From contig NC_087245.1 of NCBI RefSeq assembly GCF_037042905.1, forward strand, positions 33,048,001 through 33,112,000: a stretch of 64,000 nucleotides of DNA, written 5' to 3'. Numbering within the stretch: the first letter of the stretch is position 1; each line of letters begins with the position of its first letter. The notes below the pieces were generated by a model, which was not told where the DNA came from, searched no databases, and saw nothing but the letters and a program-made list of their open reading frames with translations. This DNA is from Lytechinus pictus. Lineage: Eukaryota. Below, piece after piece: positions 40,098-53,594 of the stretch. A program made the translations under genes and the position numbers.

Positions 40098-40255
40098 GAC
40101 CTCGGTCACATTTGCTCTACGGCGGCCGTACGCAGAGTTGAAAACAGGCGTTTTATTCATTTTTTTTCAAACCACCTATATGAAGCTGGTGCAAAAGTTA
40201 AAACGGCTGTTTTCGACTTGCCGTACGGCCGCCGAAGAGCAAATGTGACCGAGGT
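40098..40255. mobile_element. Palindromic MITE with ~55-bp TIRs (ACCTCGGTCACATTTGCTCT.CGGCGGCCGTACG)
   Basis: Direct inverted match; TAA flanks suggest PIF/Harbinger. Confidence 0.85.
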
Positions 40256-40955
40256 AAGAAGCACTGTTACTGTAATAATTACTCTCAGATAAAACAGAAC
40301 TTGTCTGAGTCCTCTCATGAAACATTCCCCAGTTTAGTTTGAATATATACAAGAAAACATGCAAACAAACACAAGAATGAGATTAACATGTAATTAGGTG
40401 GTATTCCGTGCATTTCCATTTGTTACACACGCCTTGATAATGTAAGTAAATTCTCCCAATATAAAATGACAACTTCAAAACAAGAGGGCAGCATTTCCCT
40501 AAGAGGCTCTTCACAAAAAAAAAAATAGAAATAGGAAGAGTGTCAACTAATTATAAAGGATTTGGCAGTTTTTTTTTCTTAAAAAGAATGAAGTAACATG
40601 AACAAAAACTTTCCAATTTGACTCCACTAGTCTCAAATCTAGAAGCATTTGTTGACCTGTGCAGAAAGCAAGGAAATGTCGCCCTCTATGTTGAAATCTT
40701 GACTGCAATACTGTGGAGAATTACCAACATGACATGTATACAGGTATCTCATACATGTAGCTGCAAATTACAGTACATATACAAAAGGTCTTGTGATGTG
40801 GAGAAAGTATACAAATTTAAACAGTGTGTATATACAGTAGGCAAGGAAGTGGATTTAAAAGAGGATAAGGAGAAGCCAAAATCAATTGGGATTAAAAAGG
40901 AAAATAATATGGAATGGGACCAGAGGCCTGTGCTTATTCCATGATGGGTACTCAC

Positions 40956-40982
40956 CGATAGACTTCTCCTACAATTTTGCAT
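40956..40982 (-). CDS. Candidate coding start MQNCRRSLS in exon 40956-41090 of the unidentified gene
   Basis: Acceptor cctctcacag at 41091-41092 and donor G|GTGAGT at 40955. ATG in AAAATG context; 9 codons ending phase 0; two short out-of-frame uORFs upstream in the exon. Confidence 0.5.
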
Positions 40983-41704
40983 TTTGCCTGAGTTTAATGG
41001 GGTTTACGATGATGCGAAGGAAGGGGCATGAGAGAGGTTTCTGAACTAGTTTTTGCTATCTACTGTAATTCTGCAGCATGGTTGGAGAGTCTGTGAGAGG
41101 TAGTGAAACAAAAAATATCAACAAACGAAACGATGTCAACAAAGATGGAAAAAAGAGGGTGCATGGTTTCAAATCCATGGTGAACTTAGAAAACACAAAC
41201 ATGTCATTTGAAAAATAACAAAACAATTTAAAAAAAACCTGACATTTTCAATTTTCTAAAACTTCAGAAGATGGACACCTTTTCTACAGACAAAAATCAA
41301 TGTCAAGTACACATTCAATAGCATTTATAAAGCACAGATTATCCAGTTGCCTATTCAATGGCGTACTTTAATATCTCTTAATGTTACTCTACGTTGAATA
41401 TTCCAGAGACTTCCAAAAATAACATGACAACAGTCACAAAACCTAGATCTGTATCACGTCTTGGACTTTTGATGAGTAAAAATGTTATGCACATTTCTGA
41501 ATTACATTTGAAATAGGATGTCAATTGGAAAATCAGTTATAATTTCAATAACAGCTTTCCCTATTTCCCCTTTTTATTTAAGAACATTAAAATCATCATG
41601 GCTACAATTCTGTATCCAGATCTATACTTTTTTTTCATCTACAAATTCAATTTGAGCAAAAAGATGCTACATGCTACAATGCATTCTACTTTAACAATTA
41701 CCTG

Positions 41705-42515
41705 GGGTGGCATTCTGAGATCCATTTTATCTCAGATAAAATAAAATATTTTATCCCCGTTAAAATCAGTGAGACAAAATACCCTTAAAATCTCTCCGAA
41801 TTGGTATTCTGAGAACAATTTTATCTTCATTTTATCTCTGTAAGACACACCTACTTTTTAATCAATATCCAATTAGAAACGCGCTTTTATAGCTCTCTCG
41901 TGTCACTCAACCAATTGAAATCCATTCCGCCAGGTGTGGCAAAGGGGTGAGATTGCGTCAATTTATTGACTTCAAATACGCTTGCAAAATACGCTTGCGC
42001 GTCTTTACAGAGATTTCTTTTTAACAAAAAGGACAGTACTCTCATCTTTTTTCGAAGTCTATATCGCATCTTTTCAAGCATCATAAAGACAATATTAGTC
42101 AAGACAAGTCTTATGAAATACTTTCTGATTGTACAGGAACAACGTTAAAGTGTTATTCTCAATAAATATATAATTTTTCTTCATTTTCATGTCAACATTT
42201 GGGGTTAATTCACCTGGAAATATTGGTGAAATCAATGTCGCGGAGATAAAATAGCCCAGGCTACCCTCTTTTAAGTTTATTTCATTTTTTTCTTCTGTAA
42301 CTTAATTGGGCGCAAGCACATCATCCGCGTTGCAATACCCAGATACCCAATGGGTATGTCTACGCAGGCACTGTTCTGTTGCGTATCATCTATAGTTACG
42401 CAAGATAAAATTGTAAATTTTATCTGAGAGATAAAATGTCATCTCAGAATACCAATTTCATTTTAAGAGATAAAATAAAATATTTTAAAGATAAAATGAC
42501 CTCAGAATACCGCCC
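41705..42515. mobile_element. MITE with TIR GGGTGGCATTCTGAGA..CATTTTATCT and internal GATAAAA repeats
   Basis: Right end AGATAAAATGACCTCAGAATACCGCCC. Confidence 0.8.
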
Positions 42516-43171
42516 AAGTTTATGTAATGAAATCAAATTGGTACAAACTGTAGAAAAGGTGGCCATCTACATGGTAAAATGTTAAAGAGAGATGCATTTC
42601 ACAAAGAAAAGTATTTGAAAAGAATGACTTTGCCTGTACATGTATGATTCATTTCATGAAGCAATAAACATTGAGAAAAGAAACACTTACACATCAAACT
42701 GCCACAAATTTCTTCTAACAAGCAAGGAAAATAGAAAAATTAATTTCTCCTGGTAATCACAGAAAGAATCAGCACAGTTAATGAAAACAAACAAATACTT
42801 CAATAATCACTCCAATTCAGTATTTTCATGAGATCCATGCATCCCATTCACTGACACCAGAGTAAAACAATGGAGCTTTCACATGTATGACTAACAGTAA
42901 GTGACAATCTGCTTCATGATATTCTTAAATAATATACTTACTTTTAGCAGAAGTGTTATCATATCATATTCTACTGAGCTCTACTGAAAAATTCACTACC
43001 TACACTTTATATTTCCTCTCTGCTCTCTATTCCAACTTCATGCCTTTCCTGTTTACACTACATGTATATTTCATGGCTACCCCCCCCCCCTTCTCTTTCT
43101 ATACATTGTAAACTCCTTTACCAAACACTATTTTGAACACTTTAAAAGGGATTGAATTCATGAAAGACCTG

Positions 43172-43437
43172 GGCTCCCATCTTATGAAGAGTTACAATTG
43201 ATCTGATCAACTATGGAAGGCCAGCAACATCAACATCTAAATTGCATGTTTTGTTCAAAATATTTTCTAGATATGCTGACTATTCTTACATTCATATTTT
43301 CTTGAAAATCTAGTGTGCCTCTCTTTGTTTACAAAGGACATTGTGCAAAGTTCCTGTAGCAGAAAATTATGACATTGATGGATTTCCATACATTTGAAGT
43401 TGATCGCATCAATCGTAACTCTTTGTAAGACAGGGCC
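43172..43437. mobile_element. CWG-TSD Harbinger-type MITE
   Basis: IR TCTTATGAAGAGTTACAATTGAT / ATCAATCGTAACTCTTTGTAAGA; CTG flanks. Confidence 0.8.
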
Positions 43438-46400
43438 CTGATTTACGCATTTAAGTTTGGATTACATGTATACTTTGTTTTGTATTCACAGACCTACAGA
43501 GGGTGACTGATTTAATAAACAGTATGTACAGCATTGTATACATATTTTACATTCTTTAGAGTACCATTTGTTTTTACAACAAAGCTCAATAAAAGCAAAA
43601 TCAATGTAAACATTCAACAAGAACTTGCAAATAAAACATACACATGTGTGACTTTTGTTTGTTATGAGAATGCAAACATTTAAATATTTTTACAAGCATG
43701 TGTATTATAGATTTCTGCATGGATATTTAAACTGCAAAGTAACCAAAGACAAGCTTGTTGCTCTTTTGGAGTCTTCAAAATAAATTTCATGGTGGTTGTG
43801 CAGGCATTCATGGGAAAATGAACAATTGCAAAAACACAATCAATTACATTTGCTTCTTCGTGGGGGTCAATGGGAAAGTAGCACCAGCAAGTTTACATGA
43901 AAATATAAAATATGCACATTGTACGTGTATGAGAGTGGCATGGCAGCAGGTTATAGCAAAAATTTTGACTGGCATGCGGATCACAATTGAAAGATATTTA
44001 GCAGTTGTTTTTATAGTCCCCATACATTTTAGCATGGGTATAATGGTCATGGGATGTCAAATACAGAGCAATGATATATTACTGTAAAGAAAAGATATGT
44101 TGGCATATTCATAGCTTCAGTTATTGATATGATGGTCCTTTTATGTGTTTATAAATGGTGCAATGAATAAACATGATTAATAGGCCTACACGATTCATTC
44201 ACATGCACAAAATTACATGTAAGTGCTCTTTGAAACGCAAGTTTGTTTTTTATCATTTTATCACTTTCATCAAGCTACATTTTATGATTTAATTTGCTCT
44301 TCACGCAAACCTACTGTATGTCTAACGATAAAATAAATTCTAATAGAAAAAAAATAAACGCAAAAAAAAAAAATAATAATAATTTAAAGTAAACCTACAT
44401 ACTCTTTTAGGAATTTAACATTTAAATCCATGTGCTGCCCTTCATATCTGTTTTATTGATATATTATGCAATTATTTCAATAATTATCTTGATCCATCAT
44501 CTCTATTTACAAAGTGAAAGGATAGCCATGAAAAGTTGGGGTGGGATTAATGTAGCCCTGGACAATGTATGGCTGTATATATACGGGTAAACTTGTCCAT
44601 GAATCTTACTAGAACTAATAGTATCCATGCTTTGTCACAGCATTTATTACTGCTAAGTGTACATTGCAGTCATCTTTTGTTTTTCCACTAAGTGGCATAT
44701 CCTACTTATACAATGTACATGTAATCAACAAGTAGGATCCACAGAACAAAGACATTTCTTGTCTTAGTCATTATGTCGTCAACCTTGCACAATAGACTTT
44801 AGATTTTGTTGAATACAAAATCATGGTCAATGTGTGCAACACAATACAAGCATATCAAGACTGTATAAATTTTCCCAATAGATGGCAGCACTTCAAACTG
44901 CCTACCAGTCTCAATAAAGCATGTTCAAGGACAATTACCAGTGCTACGTGTTACTCATGCATTAGCACGTGCCATGAATTAATCATGAAATAATAACCAC
45001 AAATTTTACTGAAAAATAATACATGACTCTGGTAAGGGAAATAATGAACAATCCTTTAGGAAATCGTAAGACATCAGAGTTAAATATAAGAGTAAAGAGT
45101 TACCAATTTTATTTAGAGGGTGAATACTGTACTGTAAGTTTTCTTAGTCTTACTCTGTTAATGACCTTTTTTCAATCAAGACACCAAGCTTATCCACTAA
45201 ATATGAGAAAATATACTTTTGCATGTGTATGCTTCAAAACCAGAATTGAGCTGAGAGCAAAATACCTGCAAAATTATAGTAAAATATACATGAAATAAAA
45301 AAAATTAATAACATCTATAAAGCCTGGCCAAAAACAGAGGATCATATTTTGTGTTAATAATACATGACAAGATATACATCTCAGCTCATCATTACTCTAA
45401 TTTTAAAACTACTCAATGAATGAAAAATCATTAAAATTTTATCGTTTCCTTTTAAAATTCAATGTGTCACACCCATCACGTTGGTACAAGACAGGTTGAT
45501 AAATGTACATATCCCATCAATGTATGCATTAATTTTAACACATTTTCCATTTCCAATAGTCGGGGAGGGGGGGGGGCTTATTTGGCCCCTCCCAGTCATA
45601 TCTAGGCCTTTGATTGTGTGATCCAGCGAAAATTGACATGCACATCACCCATTATGACATACATGTAATATCTCATATTGGACAGTTACACCAGGAGTTG
45701 GTTACACATCAATATTATTTCAAATTTAGTTTTAATCAATCAATACATACAATCATTATGGACACTCTTTAGCAGTAGAGGCACATGGATTATCTCCAAT
45801 ATCAGAAACTTTTGTAAAGAAATTGGGTATTCAATTTCAGAGACAGCCTCCAGTTCGGGAGACCAATTTTCTTTGTTAATATTTTGCTGCAAAAGGATAA
45901 TACCTTGGCGGCAAATGTTGATAAGCAAATTCCTCATGAAAAATTACCCCTTTTCACCGTCTACTTCAAAAATTTGCCATCTACTGTACTTTAATATGTT
46001 TTCAAAAGGACTTTTGTTGTCATCCACACACAAAATAAATGGGCTTCTGACCACATTCTTGTTGATGTTGTTTCTTAGTCCTTTTGCAAAGCAAGTCTCC
46101 AAATGTGAGAGATTGCCTTCCATATTGGAGAGTCTCCCATATTGGTCATGCGCCTCTACTTTTAACAGTTAAAGCATACAAAAAGGGCAATATCAATTTT
46201 GTTGTGTTTTCTTTTTTCTTTTTAATATTTAATTAACTTTGATAATGATATGTTGATTGTTTTTCAAAGGATATTGTTGACAATATTTTTGTCATAAATG
46301 TTATGAAATCAAAGGTTTTTGTTCATTAAAGAAAGTGAAATAATTTAATGAACAGATCTTGAACTTATTACGATCACAAAAAAAGACATGATTATCCAAC

Positions 46401-46543
46401 ATCACCAGCATAATTACCAGTTTCACATTCATAATCATGATTCATCATTGTCATTGACATCATTTGAAAAATCCATTTTATCACCAGCAGACATTGTCAA
46501 CCCACACACAAAACAATAAACTAAAATAAAATGAAACACTGAC

Positions 46544-46960
46544 GTAGATAATGCTATGAGTGTGATAACAACGTCATCGCATTAGGCACCACACGATTAA
46601 CACTACAACTATACACCAGCTGATGGGAAGAAAGGGAATTCGTACCACGACGACCACGCTTTTCTGTCCCATATTCCATATTGACCCAGCGTGTGTACTG
46701 CATACAAACACCGGCACCATCCGGCAACCGTATCGCAGTGTGCCGGTCGAAGACCAGTGGCAGTGGCGCAGTGGTTTCATCCATCTCATTTTGATATAAA
46801 AACACATTTCACATTCATAATAACGCATTTTGGTCCATTATGTCTACTTACAACAGAATCTTGGGAGATAACGACGGTCGAAGATGTTTCACTTGATTTT
46901 GAAAACTTATTAAATTGCGTCTTTTTGTTTCGAGTTCAGTCAGCCAGCCGGTGAATTTGC
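46544..46960 (-). promoter_or_regulatory. CpG-rich promoter / non-coding first exon of an unidentified minus-strand gene
   Basis: Apparently unique CpG-rich sequence in a CpG-poor background; candidate donor C|GTCAGT at 46544/46543. Upstream boundary approximate. Confidence 0.45.
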
Positions 46961-47970
46961 AATGCGTACATACAATCAACGCGCGTTGAGCAATAATGCA
47001 TGCATGCTGCGCTGCATTGTGTGGGGGTGAAGAGTGCTGAAGTGCGCTATGTATCCTATACCAATTTGTATAGAAGAATGGGATACATACCGGCTTTTTG
47101 TCCTTACTTTTTTCTTTCAACAGTCTTTCAACAGTGACCACCCCCCCCCCCCCCCCCCCCGGTGTTTGATTTTACTTTTTTATGCAAACCGGTACAATAT
47201 ATTTATTAATTTATGACATTTGCAACAAATAACTGCAATTTAAGCTCTATTCAAAATAAAGTTCAAGTCCACCCAGAAAAGCAAGTTGAATTGAAAATAT
47301 AGAGAGAATCAAAGAAACTAACAATTAAAACATCATCATTGATTTGATGTGAAGTATTTCGCGAGAGTGAGAGTTGTACACATACCCTGGTTGGTATTGA
47401 AATAAAGACACCGATGGTGTTACCTGATGACTTGAGTGACGTATTTATTATTATTGTATTAAATATAGAATTACACTAATTCAATTCATAATTTGATTCT
47501 GAACAGTTTGGTATTACAAAAAAATGAAATCTTTCATTCATGATAGTTCAAAAGAATGTGTGAGTGTGACACTTTAGAAACTACAATGATCTCCGGCTCA
47601 TGAAGTTTTAGTTTCCAATGGTTACTTCTTCCCAAAATTTCCCGAAATGAAGTTTGCTTTCTGAATTCCTACTGGCGAATTCATCTACATGACTTGTAGT
47701 CCCTATTCCATCATGACGAATCTTTGGTTTAATTCAATTAAATCAATTTTGGTATAGCTTTAAAAATATATTTAAAAAAACCGAAAGTCACAGAAAAGGG
47801 TATTTTAAAACATATTAGGATTAATAGTTCCCAGTGATTTATAGACATGAATCATTAAGAGACAAAAAGTAATTATATAAAATCCACTGACAGCATCGAA
47901 CAAGGCGAGAAAATGGCGAGCCTTGTTTGGGTCGTGAAATTAACGTATATAACATCAACGTGGTTAAGGT

Positions 47971-48230
47971 CAGTGGCGGATCGACGGGGGGGGGGGGGGC
48001 ATTTCCGGCCCGCCCCCCTTTCGAGAGTCATAGTCAATATTTTTAATGTAAATTTTATGTCGTTTATCGAATCAGTGTGCCCCCCCCCCCCTTTGAGATT
48101 CCCAGCAAATATTATTAATGGGAATGTGTCGTTCATACACACGTACAAAGGTAAGGACCCTTTTTTTATAAGGTTGTCAAATTTTCTTAGGCAAAATGTG
48201 CCCCATATTTGGAAATCCTGGATCCGCCTA
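47971..48230. mobile_element. hAT-type MITE (CAGTGGCGGATC family)
   Basis: Perfect 8-bp TSD GTTAAGGT; GGCGGATC / GATCCGCC ends. Confidence 0.9.
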
Positions 48231-48864
48231 GTTAAGGTGACTGTCCACTGTCCTGACCGCTGACTAAAATGTTTGGTTGACAATATCAACTTTCTTTTTT
48301 TTTTGCTTTAAAACCCTTTTTCCACTTTTCCATTCAAATGACAGAATCACATAATGTTCATTATATTTATAGTAATTGTTTGTAGATTCATTATTTTCAC
48401 GTTTTCAGTATCCAAAAAGCAAGAGAAGCAATCATAAACACAATTCGTCCGAAGAAAATTATATCCACCCCACAAAAATAAATGTCCCTTATTTATATTC
48501 AAAACGAGTACAAATAAGTAGCTTTCTAGTAAATTTGTCAAGCTCCTCAAAAACCTAACCTATATACACTTCCTCCGATTCTTGTCAATATTGACATAAT
48601 GAAGGTTACGATTCTCATGAATAATTTGAGGAAATCCCTAAAGGCCCTATCCTATACGATATTATGATCGGGGGAAGGTACACCTGGCAACAAACTGATT
48701 GGTATTAACAAAGCGACTGTCAAAGGTTTGAGGAAAATATGTGAAGAATTAATAGAGTTGTGATTTGTTGATATTTATTTTGAGATGTCACGTGCAAGCA
48801 GCCGCTTATATCACACACATTATACATAAATTCAAAATTTCGATAATCCATGACGACCGGTAGC

Positions 48865-49270
48865 GGTTCCATCACATTTGCTCCGGCGACAATTGCTCCG
48901 CTCTAAATTCCACACACCAATGGAATGACAAACTTCAACTCTGGGCATGCTCGGTTTAACACTATACTGACCAGGGGCCGCGGAAGCGGGGGGGCTGGGG
49001 GGACTTCAGCCCCCCCCCCCCACTTTTTTCCAAAACCGTGTACAAAAACGTAAAAATTACCATAGGATTGTGATTTTTTGCATGGTCAGCCCCCCCACTT
49101 TTGGCTCACCCCCCCCCCCCCACTTTGAAAACCGTTCCGCGGCCCCTGTACTCTACCCTAAACCTAACCCAAACCTTAACCTAACATAAAACCCTATTGC
49201 AACCCTAACCCTACATCTTAGAAGAAATCAAGCCCGGAGCAATTGTCGCAGGAGCAAATGTCGTGTCACC
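48865..49270. mobile_element. MITE with IR ATTTGCTCC.GCGACAATTGCTCC and telomere-like CCCTAA interior; hosts a hAT-type MITE at 48972-49148
   Basis: Inverted ends visible; nested TIR CAGGGGCCGCGGAA / TTCCGCGGCCCCTG. Confidence 0.82.
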
Positions 49271-49804
49271 ATCCTGGAATGTGGGGGCCGGTTTACTTAC
49301 TTTTTAGTCTATATAACTAACTTAAAAATTATTGTAACTACCATGGAAACCTTGATTGTGATTTGCTGAGCCCTGTCACCATGGTAGTTGATATCATGGC
49401 AATGTAACTCTACATAATTATCATGTAAAAATAGCGGGGGCGACGATAAAAAGGTGATGTTTATTTTTGGAATTTATCAATACGGGTATAGAGGTATATA
49501 CACGAATAAGACATTCCTTTGTTATATACTCTTCTTTATTCCCTTTTCGACATTTTCTCTTTCCTTTTCACCTTATTTTTAATATGAAAAATCATTATCG
49601 CCTCTGTCCCCACCCCCCCCCTTCTCGGCTAGCTGCTCCACCTCTGAATTTAGTGATGGCGCTAGTGTATTTGATAGACAGTACCGTATGGATTACTTAA
49701 TCTTGGACTATTGGTAAACAAAAATTGTTTTTAAAAGAATCTTGTTTTTAAAGATTGCGTAAAAATCTTATTGACCTGGTTTTTTTTTAATGTTATATTT
49801 TTGA

Positions 49805-50070
49805 AATTTCTATTTATTTATTTATTCATTCATTCCATCATTCATTCATTCATTTATTCATTAATTCATCAATTAATTAATTCATTTATTTATTTATTTA
49901 TATTTGTTTATTATTTATTTATTTACATATGTATTTATTTATTTATCTATTCATTTTTATTTATTCACTCATTATTATTTATTTGTTTTGTATTTTTTGG
50001 TTTATATTCATCTATTTATTTATTCATTCATTCATTCATTTATTTATTTATTTATTTTATCCTATTTTAT
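49805..50070 (+). repeat. (ATTT)n/(ATTC)n degenerate microsatellite
   Basis: Directly visible. Confidence 0.9.
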
Positions 50071-50631
50071 GAAGTTAAATTAACGTTTTTTGGGGGTGGG
50101 GCCTTTTTACGAGGTTGTTGACCATATTTTCTCTACCGCCGACCATGATACTGAACAGCCCTATATAGACTTTTAAAAAAAATGTGTGTATAAAAAATGG
50201 AATGTTCTACAACCATCGACCAAAAAAATAAACGACATTTGAAAAGTGACATGGTTATTATTGGGATACAAACTGGATTGAATATGAAATCATGTTGATA
50301 GAATAAGGATTAAAATAAGTGGAAGGTTATATTTCAACACTTTGTCCTTTGTGATACTTTAATACAAATGGCAGGCAGGCAAAGCAAAGTAGAAAAATAT
50401 GTCAAAATGCTTTTCTAATTCGCTTTACCTGTCATTAATATCGAAGTAACATAGCCCACGTATATTCTCCCTTAAAATAAATCATAGACAGTTATGCGGG
50501 AAAATTAATTGTCTCACTATTTAGAATTTGGATAATAATCATATTTTCTTATATATAAATTATGTAGGACCCAAAACTTACTTTCTGAAAAGTCTGTAAG
50601 TGTTATACAGTTACGCAATATAATTACACTG

Positions 50632-50768
50632 GGGAGCGTTTCATGAAAGGACCTGTCAAACGGTTTATCCGACTGTTACCATGGTAACAGTTCTCTCAGC
50701 AAATCAAATTCAAGGAAAAGTGTCAGATCTGACAACTTGTCGGACAAAAATGTTGATGAAACGCTCCG
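50632..50768. mobile_element. CWG-TSD Harbinger-type MITE (inverted relative of 3121-3276)
   Basis: CTG duplication; TIR GGAGCGTTTCAT / ATGAAACGCTCC. Confidence 0.87.
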
Positions 50769-50814
50769 CTGATTTTAGCAGAGAATTCGAAGTTTTCTCG
50801 CGCCCCGCGTTTAA

Positions 50815-51690
50815 AAGTACAAGTCCACCCAAACAAAAAAATTGATATGAATAAAAAGAGAAAAATCCAACAAGCATAACACTGAAAATTTCATCAAAAT
50901 CGGATGTAAAATTAGAAAGTTGTGACATTTTTAAGTTAAGCTTTAATTGATTTCACAAAACAGTAAAAAGCACATCCTGGTCGGTACGCAAATGAGGGAC
51001 TGATGACGTCACCCACTCACTTTTGTATTTTGTTATATCAAAATATATGAAATATTCTGATCTGCTCCTCATTGTCATGTAAAACAAAGTTTTCACCTCA
51101 CTGAACACGTGGAATGACCATTGTTTTTATAATTTTATGCTTCAATCAAGTTCACTCTAACTTTAAAATATTGGGTAAAAGTGATGCATGATGGTAATTA
51201 TGTGTCCAACCAACATTGGGCATTTCTTTTGGGCAATTTTATTTATCCAGTATGATGAAAATTTTTGCCTATTCTAAAGTAATTGCTGCTTATTTTTTAA
51301 CCTTACTGGACAATATGTTTCCCGCATTGGGTAAAATCCGGGGGTAAAATAATGCCCAAAATTGGTTGGACACATAATGACCCTCGTGGTGGTATAAAAA
51401 TCTCACCCAATATTTTTTACAGTGTTGGTCCTTATTGTCAAATCTGTAAATAATGAAATATTGTTTAATTTAAACAATAAAAAACAAAAGAAACTCGTGA
51501 GTGAGCGACATCATCGAACCTCTCATTTGCATAGCACTGAGTTGTGCATATAACTGTTGTGTGAAACATAAGCGAAACTTTAAAATGTCATAACTTTCTT
51601 ATTGTAGACCCGATTTTGATGAAATTTTCAGCGCTTGTTAGATTTTTCCAGCTGATTCAATTTAATATTTTTTTTGGGTGGACTTGCCCT
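50815..51690. mobile_element. Kolobok-type MITE with nested CACTA-type MITE
   Basis: Arms homologous to 18920-19519 and 33250-34942. Confidence 0.83.
51153..51424. mobile_element. CACTA/EnSpm-type MITE
   Basis: CACT...AAAATATTGGGT / ACCCAATATTTT...CAGTG ends with a 2-bp TT duplication; the host sequence rejoins cleanly. Confidence 0.75.
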
Positions 51691-51699
51691 TTATAGGAA

Positions 51700-51850
51700 A
51701 ACAAATCTGCCGGGTACCCACTACCTCACCTTGGTAGAGTGCAGCACAATGTGTATCGATTTCTTGATAAAGGAAATAAGACTAGACCGTGACCGGGATG
51801 CGAACCCACGACCCTCTGTTCAAAGGCCAGAGACTATAAACCACAAGCTC
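51700..51850 (-). mobile_element. tRNA-derived SINE fragment
   Basis: Minus strand B-box-like GGTTCGCATCCC followed by the CTCTACCAAGGTGAGG..TGGGTACCCGG block. Confidence 0.6.
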
Positions 51851-52744
51851 CGCAAGAATATTTATATGTTTCGATTTTGCTCGCTTGCTGTAGATGTTGG
51901 TTCTTACCCCACAATAATTTTATGACGTTTATTTTGAATTTCCGAACCTGTGTAAGTACATTGTTACGGTTCTAGTCATTAGGGCGAAATAACCATCTAA
52001 ACACAATGGTTTCCCATCATAGATTAATTTTATCCACCTCTGTGACCCATTGATCAGCTGATCTGTTACTGTTAGATCAGTGTGGTTACCTCGGCGTATG
52101 TCGCTTGTCGCCCTCTACTGTTTAATTTCTTATATCCCTGCAAACTTTAGCTTTGTAAACGCCGTCCAAGAAGTGTGATGCAGATAATACTGGTAGCTTA
52201 TTCAACACCTGCGCCGGTTACAATTTAAAGTATATCTTCATTTTCACTAGCAACAAAAATACAAACCATCATTTTATTATATTAATTTAATTTATGTTAA
52301 AGATATGACAGAAAATAGAGTTCATTCGGAGAGGGGGGTATCGTGCTCAAGACGTCATTTTGGAGTAGTTTTAAAAGTTCATATTATTTGGTCTCCTCAA
52401 TCGCCAACCCGTTTACAATATTATCTTATTTATGTTGTAGATAGACCTTGCGACGGGTTTATTGTTCACTTATTTTTCAAAAATATACTGCACCAAAAGA
52501 TATACGGTAATTGTGTTGAAATATATAGAAAAAAAACCCCAACACAACAGCACCAAATTGGGCCATGCCTAAGCAGTGAAAACTGCACTATTTCGATTGT
52601 CTCACACTTGAGGCTTCTTCTGTTGTTCATCAGATTAGCATTTCTAGTCTTTTTCTTCAATCTTTTGCGCCTAATGAAAGTGACGGTTGGGGGACATGAC
52701 CCCTATAGGCCTTGCTATCTAGATTTCCCACTGGCAAACATCTT

Positions 52745-53530
52745 TACAATCACAATTTCAATGATTACTGTTACTGTTATCACAAAAACTAATATTTACA
52801 TCAATATCTTCAGCAGGACCATCATCAGGATCATTATCACCATCGCCGCCGCCACCACCTTCACCACCCTCATCATCATCACGTTTCAAGACCATCATCA
52901 CCAACATCATTATAAACACCATCACAATAATCATCACAATCATCTCCATTTAATCATCATCACCATCATCATCATCGCAATCATGTCTACTATGATCGCA
53001 ATTGATGACAATCACTATGTTACATATTCATCAGCAGAACTACTATCACTGTCATCATCGTCATCATTACAATCATCATTATCGCCAACACCACCACCAT
53101 CATCACACCCTCATCGTCATCATCATCATCACCATCATCATCATTGCTATCCTCATCCTCATCATCATCACTACCACCATCATCATCACCACCATCATTT
53201 TCGCCATCATCATCATTGCCATCCTCCTCCTTATCATCACTACCATCATCATCATAATCATCAGCATCATCATCACCACCATCATTTTCACCATCATCAC
53301 CATCATCATCATTATCACCGACACCATCACCATCAACATCATCATCATCACCACCATCATCATTACCATCACAATCACCATCACCATCATCATCATCACT
53401 ACCACCATCATCATCCATCATCATCTTCCTCGATCATCATCACCATCATCATCATCGTTATCACCGTTATCACAATCATCCATCTAATCCTGCATCTCAT
53501 CATCTTCACTATCAACATTATCTTCATTTG
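52745..53530 (+). repeat. (CAT/CAC)n trinucleotide microsatellite, ~780 bp
   Basis: Directly visible; explains the poly-His/Ile/Asp/Met ORFs in several frames. Confidence 0.95.
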
Positions 53531-53594
53531 ACTTTCAATCACTGTATGGATCACAATCCATCCATCAGATAAAGAGGAAAGTAAGAAACAAAAT

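Noticed and set aside
45678..46172. 164-aa ORF
   Set aside because: TTG start, no recognisable domain; probably within a decayed DNA element.
52305..53531. 408-aa His-rich ORF and overlapping poly-Ile/Asp/Met ORFs
   Set aside because: They are products of a (CAT)n microsatellite, open in several frames on both strands, with no domain.
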